Source: Actinomycetes bacterium (GTDB lineage: Bacteria; Actinomycetota; Actinomycetes; JACCUZ01). From it: a stretch of DNA of 64,000 nt. Position numbers and translations under genes: made by a program. Below the pieces are notes generated by a model, which was not told the origin of the DNA, searched no databases, and was given only the letters and a program-made list of their open reading frames with translations. The stretch covers positions 3,421-67,420 of the forward strand of contig JBBRVU010000003.1 in the NCBI GenBank assembly GCA_038246575.1, read 5' to 3'. This document shows positions 57,624-64,000 of this stretch, piece after piece (the first letter of the stretch is position 1; every line of letters starts with the position of its first letter).

Positions 57624-58121
57624 TTACGGCCTGGTTCGCGACCAGTCCGTCACGCAATAGTTCAGCCCGGTTCGCGACTCGAGCCAGCCCTGCTCGGGAT
57701 CACGGTCGCGCGCCTGCCAGCGGTCGTCGAGCTCGGGCGCCCAGGTGTCGCCCGCGACGTCGAGATCGATCTCCGTGACCACGGCGCGGTCGGCATGCTC
57801 CAGCGCGGCGGCATAGATGCTTCCGCCGCCGATCACCCACACGTCGCCGGGCGCCTCGCGCAGCGCCTGCTCGATCGACCCCGCCACCCCCGCCCCGGGC
57901 GCCGCCCAGCCGACCTGCCGGGTGAGCACGACGTTGCGCCTCCCCGGCAGCGGGCGCACGGCCACGGGCAACGACTCCCAGGTGGCGCGACCCATCAGGA
58001 CCGTCGCACCCATGGTCAGCCCGCGGAACCGGGCCAGGTCCTCGGGCAGCCGCCAGGGCAGGCCGCCGTCGGCGCCGATCACCCCGCCGCAGGCCTGCGC
58101 CCAGACGAGCCCGACGGTCAC
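57624..58121 (-). CDS. folA: Dihydrofolate reductase
   Basis: VGLVWAQACGGVIGADGGLPWRLPEDLARFRGLTMGATVLMGRATWESLP...VIGGGSIY. GTG at 58121, 8 nt after the thyA stop. Confidence 0.9.
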   Translation of the reverse strand: MTVGLVWAQACGGVIGADGGLPWRLPEDLARFRGLTMGATVLMGRATWESLPVAVRPLPGRRNVVLTRQVGWAAPGAGVAGSIEQALREAPGDVWVIGGGSIYAAALEHADRAVVTEIDLDVAGDTWAPELDDRWQARDRDPEQGWLESRTGLNYCVTDWSRTRP

Positions 58122-58128
58122 CCCGGCA

Positions 58129-58956
58129 TCAGACCGCGACCGGTGCCTTGAGCGCCGGGTGGTGCTGGTAGCCCAGCACATCGATGTCCTCGTACGTGTA
58201 GTCGAACAGGCTCGCGGCCTTGCGCAGCCGCAGCTGCGGGAAGGGGTAGGCAGCCCGCGAGAGCTGCTCGCGTACCTGGTCGATGTGGTTGTCGTAGATG
58301 TGGCAGTCGCCGCCGGTCCAGACGAAGTCGCCCACCTCGAGGCCGACCTGCTGGGCGACCATGTGCGTGAGCAGGGCATAGCTGGCGATGTTGAACGGAA
58401 CTCCGAGGAACAGGTCGGCGCTGCGCTGGTAGAGCTGGCAGGACAGCCGACCCTCGGCGACGTAGAACTGGAAGAGCGTGTGGCAGGGCGGCAGAGCCAT
58501 CTGCGCGATCTCGCCGACGTTCCATGCCGAGACGACCATCCGGCGCGAGCTGGGGTCGGTGCGCAGCAGGTCCAGCAGACCGCTGATCTGGTCGATGTGC
58601 TCGCCGCTGGGCGTGGGCCAGGCCCGCCACTGCACGCCGTAGACGGGCCCGAGGTCGCCGTCGGGTGCCGCCCACTCGTCCCAGATCGTGACGCCTTGCT
58701 CCTGCAGCCAGGTGACGTTGCTGTCCCCGCGCAGGAACCACAGCAGCTCGTAGGCGATCGAGCGGAAGTGCACGCGCTTGGTGGTGATCAGCGGGAACCC
58801 GCGCTGCAGGTCGAAGCGCATCTGGTGGCCGAACACGCTGCGGGCGCCGGTGCCGGTGCGGTCCGGCTTGGCGACCCCGTCCTGCATGACCAGGCGCAGG
58901 CAGTCCTCGTACTGGGTGGTGGGCTGGGCGGCCGGGTCACTCGTCACGCCTCGCAT
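58129..58956 (-). CDS. thyA: Thymidylate synthase (ThyA type)
   Basis: [12 protein letters not shown]...LWFLRGDSN...[13 protein letters not shown]...[12 protein letters not shown]. Confidence 0.95.
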   Translation of the reverse strand: MRGVTSDPAAQPTTQYEDCLRLVMQDGVAKPDRTGTGARSVFGHQMRFDLQRGFPLITTKRVHFRSIAYELLWFLRGDSNVTWLQEQGVTIWDEWAAPDGDLGPVYGVQWRAWPTPSGEHIDQISGLLDLLRTDPSSRRMVVSAWNVGEIAQMALPPCHTLFQFYVAEGRLSCQLYQRSADLFLGVPFNIASYALLTHMVAQQVGLEVGDFVWTGGDCHIYDNHIDQVREQLSRAAYPFPQLRLRKAASLFDYTYEDIDVLGYQHHPALKAPVAV

Positions 58957-58991
58957 CGTAGGCCGGGCACAGGGGATGCGAGGATCGCGAC

Positions 58992-59537
58992 ATGGCCGAC
59001 GTCAGCGTCCGACCGGCGACGCCTGCCGACGCAGCCGCCGTCGCCCGCGTCCAGGCGAGCGTCTGGTCGCGGCTGCACGTGGGGCTGCTGCCGCCCGACG
59101 CGCTGGCCGCCCTGGACTCCCCCGAGTCGGTCAGCAGCTGGCGGGCCGCCGTGACTGCTCCCCCCACCCCGGAGCACCGGGTCCTCGTCGCGCTCGACGG
59201 GACGGAGGTGGTGGGCTTCGCCGCCTTCGCGCCCGCGGCCGACCCCGACCTCGAGCCCGACACCGACGCGGAGCTCCAGGTCCTCTGCGTGGCGCCGGAC
59301 CATGCCGGCGGCGGGCACGGGTCGCGCCTGGTCAACGCCAGCGCCGACGTGGCCCGCGACCACGGCTTCGAGCACGTCCATGTCTGGCTGACCGAGCGGG
59401 AGGACGAGCTGCGCGCGTTCCTGGGCAAGGCCGGCTGGGTCGACGACGGTGCCCGACGCAGCCTCGACCTGCGCGGCGACGGCGAGTTCCTCGTCGACCA
59501 GCTGCGGCTGCGCACGACGATCGGTGACCCGTCATGA
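58992..59537 (+). CDS. GNAT-family N-acetyltransferase
   Basis: ...VVGFAAF...[16 protein letters not shown]... Confidence 0.75.
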   Translation: MADVSVRPATPADAAAVARVQASVWSRLHVGLLPPDALAALDSPESVSSWRAAVTAPPTPEHRVLVALDGTEVVGFAAFAPAADPDLEPDTDAELQVLCVAPDHAGGGHGSRLVNASADVARDHGFEHVHVWLTEREDELRAFLGKAGWVDDGARRSLDLRGDGEFLVDQLRLRTTIGDPS

Positions 59538-60160
59538 CGCCGTTCGACGGGGTCCCGATGACCGCGCTGGACTTCTACGAGGACCTCGAGGCCGACAACT
59601 CGAAGGCGTGGTGGAGCGCGCACAAGATGTCGTACGACGAGAGCGTGCGCGCCCCGATGACCGCACTCGGCGAAGCCCTCGAGGACGAGTTCGGTGCCGG
59701 CAAGCTGTTCCGGCCCTACCGCGACGTGCGCTTCGCCAAGGACAAGACGCCCTACAAGACACACCAGGGCCTGTTCGTCACCACGGGCGGCGGGTGCGGC
59801 TTCTACGTGCAGGTGTCGGCCGCGGGCCTGATGACCGCCGGCGGGATGCGCCCGGACACTGATGCCCTGCGGCGCTACCGGGCCGCAGTGGATGCACCGA
59901 CGGGCGAGCAGCTGGCCCGGCTGGTCGGTGACCTGCGCTCGGACGGCTTCCACGTCGACGGCGACGTGCTGGCCACCCGGCCCCGGGGAACGCCGGTCGG
60001 GCACCCCCGCGAGGACCTCCTGCGCCACAAGTCGCTCTTCGTGCGCCGCGAGCACGGCTCACCCGACTGGCTGTCCACACCGGCGGCGGCCGAGCGGGTC
60101 CGCGAGGACTGGCGCCGGTTGCGACCGCTGGTCGAGTGGCTGACGGGCGTCACTGCGTGA
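59534..60160 (+). CDS. DUF2461 (TIGR02453) family protein
   Basis: FYEDLEADNSKAWW...FRPYRDVRFAKDKTPYKTH. Its ATG overlaps the GNAT stop. Confidence 0.8.
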   Translation: MTPFDGVPMTALDFYEDLEADNSKAWWSAHKMSYDESVRAPMTALGEALEDEFGAGKLFRPYRDVRFAKDKTPYKTHQGLFVTTGGGCGFYVQVSAAGLMTAGGMRPDTDALRRYRAAVDAPTGEQLARLVGDLRSDGFHVDGDVLATRPRGTPVGHPREDLLRHKSLFVRREHGSPDWLSTPAAAERVREDWRRLRPLVEWLTGVTA

Positions 60161-60870
60161 GCGACGCGCCGTCGGCGTCCCCGTCTGCGGACTGGCCGTC
60201 GGTGCGGGCCTCGATCCTGCGCACGTCGCTCTCGGTCGGCGTGGCGACGGGGGCGTACGGGCTGTCCTTCGGCGCGCTCGGCACCGCCGCCGGGCTCACC
60301 GTGGTGCAGACCTGTGCCCTGTCGGTGCTGGTCTTCACCGGCGGCTCGCAGTTCGCGCTGGTGGGAGTGATCAGTGGGGGCGGCAACCCCATGGCCGGTG
60401 CGGCCTCCGCAGTGCTGCTCGGCAGCCGCAACACGCTCTACGGCGCGCGGATGGCACCGCTGCTGCGGCTGCGCGGGCTGCGCCGGGCGGTCGCCGCCCA
60501 GCTCGTGATCGACGAGTCCACGGCCGTCGGTCTGGCCGGGGAGGAGAAGAGCACCCGGGCGGGCCGGCTGGGGTTCTGGGCGACCGGGCTGTCGGTGTTC
60601 GTGCTGTGGAACACCGCCACCCTGGTGGGCGCACTCGCGGGGACCGCGATCGCCGACCCCCGCGACCTGGGCCTCGACGCCGCAGTGCCCGCTGCGTTCC
60701 TGGCCCTGCTGGCTCCGCGACTGCGCGGCCGCGCCGCCTGGCTCACCGCGGGCGCCGCAGCGCTGGTGGCCGTGGCAGTCGTGCCGCTGGTGCCGGCCGG
60801 TCTGCCGGTGCTCGTGGCGGCACTCGTGCCGGTCACCGCCGTGCTGGTCCGACGGCGGTCGACGACGTGA
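60157..60870 (+). CDS. azlC: AzlC-family branched-chain amino-acid exporter subunit
   Basis: ...GAYGLSFGALG...LVFTGGSQFALVG...NTLYG. GTG at 60157 overlaps the upstream stop (GTGA). The track ORF starts at 60136. Confidence 0.8.
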   Translation: MSDAPSASPSADWPSVRASILRTSLSVGVATGAYGLSFGALGTAAGLTVVQTCALSVLVFTGGSQFALVGVISGGGNPMAGAASAVLLGSRNTLYGARMAPLLRLRGLRRAVAAQLVIDESTAVGLAGEEKSTRAGRLGFWATGLSVFVLWNTATLVGALAGTAIADPRDLGLDAAVPAAFLALLAPRLRGRAAWLTAGAAALVAVAVVPLVPAGLPVLVAALVPVTAVLVRRRSTT

Positions 60871-61169
60871 CGTGGGCCGCGATCCTGGTGACCGCGCTGG
60901 GCTGCTACCTGCTCAAGCTCGGCGGGCTCTCGGTGCCGGAGCGGGTGCTCGAGCACCCGCTCGCGCTGCGGATCTCTGCACTGCTGCCCGTTGCGCTGCT
61001 GGCCGCGCTCGCCGCCGTGCAGTCCTTCGCCGACGGGACCCAGCTGGTGCTGGATGCCCGCCTGGCCGGTGTGGCGGTGGCGATCGTCGCGCTGGTTCTG
61101 CGAGCGCCCTTCCTGGTGGTGGTTGCCGTGGCCGCTCTGACGGCGGCCCTGGTGCGGGCGGCGACCTGA
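60867..61169 (+). CDS. azlD: AzlD-family small membrane protein
   Basis: VTWAAILVTALGCYLLKLGGLSVP... About 100 aa and hydrophobic. Its GTG overlaps the azlC stop (GTGA). Confidence 0.75.
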   Translation: MTWAAILVTALGCYLLKLGGLSVPERVLEHPLALRISALLPVALLAALAAVQSFADGTQLVLDARLAGVAVAIVALVLRAPFLVVVAVAALTAALVRAAT

Positions 61170-61184
61170 GCGAGCCGAGCCGAC

Positions 61185-61940
<756 letters not shown>

Positions 61941-61984
61941 TCACACCCTCTCCAGATCGCAGTGCCGAGGGCGATCATGGCAGG

Positions 61985-63310
61985 TCAGGCGACGGCGGCG
62001 GTGAAGTCCCGGGACTCGTCGAAGGGCCCCACGACCGCGAGGGTCGGCGGTTCCTGCAGCAGGTCGGCGGCGACGTCGGCCACCTCGTCCAGGGTGACCC
62101 CGTCGATCCGCGACAGCAGCGCGTCCACCGACATGAACTCGCCGTGGACCAGCTCCGACTTGCCGATGCGGCTCATCCGGGCGCCGGTGTCCTCCAGGCC
62201 CAGCACGAGAGAGCCGCGGAGCTGGCCCTTGCCGCGCACCAGCTCGTCGCCGGTGATGCCGTGCGCCGCGACCTTGTCCAGCTCGTCACGGCAGATGGCG
62301 AGCACCTCGTCGACCTTGCGCGGCACGCAGCCGGCGTAGACCCCGAAGAGCCCCGTCCCGGCGTACTGCGCGTGGTAGCTGTAGACCGAGTAGGCCAGGC
62401 CGCGCTTCTCGCGCACCTCCTGGAAGAGCCGCGACGACATCCCGCCGCCGAGCGCGGCGTTGAGCACGCCGAGGGCGAACCGCCGGTCGTCGTCGCGGCT
62501 GACCCCCTCGCCGCCGAGCACGATGTTGGCCTGCTCGGTCACCCGATGCGCCACGTGCACGGCGCCGTGACTACGAGCCGGACGCGCGCCGTTCCTGGGC
62601 GGGGCAGGAGAGGTGTCGCCGCCCTCGAGGCTGTCGAAGGCAGCCCGGACCAGCCGGACCGCCAGCGCGTGGTCGATGTTGCCGGCCAGCGCGACGACCA
62701 TGTTCTCCGGACGGTAGCGGCGCCGGTAGTAGCCGGCGACCGAGGGGCGGTTCATCGCCTCGATGGACGCCACCGACCCGAGCACCGGCCGGGCCAGCGG
62801 CGTGTCGCCGAAGAGGACCTGGGCGAACTGGTCGTGGACCATGTCGGTGGGGTCGTCCTCGTGCATGGCGATCTCTTCGAGGATCACGCCCCGCTCCGAG
62901 TCGACGTCAGCCGCCCGGATCACCGAGGACGTCACCAGGTCGCAGAGCACGTCGACGGCCAGCGGCAGGTCGGTGTCGAGCACCCGCGCGTAGAAGCAGG
63001 TGTACTCCTTGGAGGTGAACGCGTTCATCTCCCCGCCGACCGCGTCGATGGCCGACGAGATCTGCAGCGCGTCGCGGCGCTTGGTGCCCTTGAACAACAG
63101 GTGCTCGAGGTAGTGCGACGCACCCGCAAGGGTCGACGACTCGTCACGCGACCCCACGCCGACCCACACACCGATGGTTACCGAGCGCATGCTCGGCACG
63201 GCCTCAGTGATGATGCGCAGGCCGCCGGGCAGGACGGTGCGGCGGACTGTGCCGCCGCCACCGTCCCCCCGGTCGAGCGTGCTCGTGCTCGCCCGCGACG
63301 ACTTGGTCAA
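61985..63310 (-). CDS. M16-family zinc peptidase (PepR-like)
   Basis: LPGGLRIITE...GASHYLEHLLFKGT (inverted HxxEH zinc motif). TTG at 63310 lies just after the pnp stop. The start is tentative. Confidence 0.85.
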   Translation of the reverse strand: MTKSSRASTSTLDRGDGGGGTVRRTVLPGGLRIITEAVPSMRSVTIGVWVGVGSRDESSTLAGASHYLEHLLFKGTKRRDALQISSAIDAVGGEMNAFTSKEYTCFYARVLDTDLPLAVDVLCDLVTSSVIRAADVDSERGVILEEIAMHEDDPTDMVHDQFAQVLFGDTPLARPVLGSVASIEAMNRPSVAGYYRRRYRPENMVVALAGNIDHALAVRLVRAAFDSLEGGDTSPAPPRNGARPARSHGAVHVAHRVTEQANIVLGGEGVSRDDDRRFALGVLNAALGGGMSSRLFQEVREKRGLAYSVYSYHAQYAGTGLFGVYAGCVPRKVDEVLAICRDELDKVAAHGITGDELVRGKGQLRGSLVLGLEDTGARMSRIGKSELVHGEFMSVDALLSRIDGVTLDEVADVAADLLQEPPTLAVVGPFDESRDFTAAVA

Positions 63311-63311
63311 C

Positions 63312-64000
63312 TCAGACCTCTGCGTCCTCGGCGGGTGCGGACTCGTCCTGGGCAGCGTCAGCGGGCCCGGCCTCGACCGGTATGAGCGAGAGCTTGCCGC
63401 GCGGGTCGACCTCGGCGATCTGGACCTGCACCTTGTCGCCGACCTTGACGACGTCCTCGACGTTGTCCACGCGCTTGCCACCGGCAAGGCCACGCAGCTT
63501 CGAGATGTGCAGCAGCCCGTCCTTGCCCGGGAGCAGCGACACGAACGCGCCGAAGGTCGTCGTCTTCACGACGGTGCCCAGGTAGCGCTCGCCGACCTCG
63601 GGCATCGTCGGGTTGGCGATCTGGTTGATCATCGTGCGCGCCGCCTCGGCCGACGGGCCGTCGGTCGCGCCGATGTAGATCGTCCCGTCGTCCTCCACCG
63701 AGATCTGGGCGCCCGTCTCGTCCTGGATCTGGTTGATCATCTTGCCCTTGGGGCCGATGACGGCACCGATCTGGTCGACCGGGACCTTGACGCTGATGAC
63801 CCGCGGCGCGTAGGGCGACATCTCGTCCGGCGCGTCGATGGCCTCGTTCATCACGTCAAGGATGTGCAGGCGAGCGTCCTTGGCCTGGGTCAGCGCCGAG
63901 GCGAGCACCGAGGCAGGGATGCCGTCGAGCTTGGTGTCGAGCTGGATGGCCGTGACGAACTCGCGGGTGCCGGCGACCTTGAAGTCCATGTCGCCGAACG
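63312..64000 (-). CDS. pnp: Polynucleotide phosphorylase, C-terminal KH + S1 part; the gene runs off the right edge
   Basis: ...[20 protein letters not shown]...[22 protein letters not shown]...[31 protein letters not shown]. Confidence 0.92.
   Translation of the reverse strand, partial: FGDMDFKVAGTREFVTAIQLDTKLDGIPASVLASALTQAKDARLHILDVMNEAIDAPDEMSPYAPRVISVKVPVDQIGAVIGPKGKMINQIQDETGAQISVEDDGTIYIGATDGPSAEAARTMINQIANPTMPEVGERYLGTVVKTTTFGAFVSLLPGKDGLLHISKLRGLAGGKRVDNVEDVVKVGDKVQVQIAEVDPRGKLSLIPVEAGPADAAQDESAPAEDAEV

Overview
This window is a high-GC actinobacterial chromosome segment, densely coded and mostly on the minus strand. It follows the conserved nrdR-lexA ... recX-recA ... pnp housekeeping and DNA-repair neighbourhood, with the same gene order as Mycobacterium Rv2718c-Rv2783c. 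In order it carries:
- nrdJ (5' part), nrdR, a GAF/PP2C phosphatase, and a TetR + ABC-2 exporter.
- A LysM (ChiZ-like) gene divergent from lexA, ligD (PE + ligase), dinG, and a GGDEF/EAL protein.
- hflX, dapF, ggt, miaA, a small MT0933-like protein, a LigB-like protein, miaB and gluABCD.
- A PemK-like protein, a decayed hydrolase, TetR/cupin, recX-recA, an MFS transporter, DUF2252, DUF3046 and LysR/PhyH.
- A DrrAB-like ABC exporter with two permeases, a small ORF, and lhr.
- A roughly 5.9-kb insert: GGDEF/EAL, a decayed ABC-2 permease, a VOC protein, a DUF222-HNH protein and an ABM-like protein.
- nei, clgR, cinA, pgsA, rimO, a RodZ-like protein, ftsK, rnj, dapA, folA, thyA, GNAT, DUF2461, azlCD, dapB, an M16 peptidase, and the 3' end of pnp.

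I found no rRNA, tRNA, CRISPR array, transposase or integrase. I do not see a convincing new multi-gene system such as a defence island. The most interesting content is regulatory:
- Five Cheo-type LexA boxes. One is a perfect palindrome sitting on the start codon of the DUF222-HNH gene.
- Three RecA-NDp (PafBC-type) promoter motifs, at recA, at lhr, and in a near-identical copy in front of the ABC exporter operon.
- A perfect 24-bp palindrome abutting the miaB start codon.
- Several in-frame or junction tandem repeats.
- A recurrent -10 hexamer 6-7 nt before start codons, which suggests leaderless mRNAs.

All calls come from reading the ORF track and sequence by eye. No database search was run.
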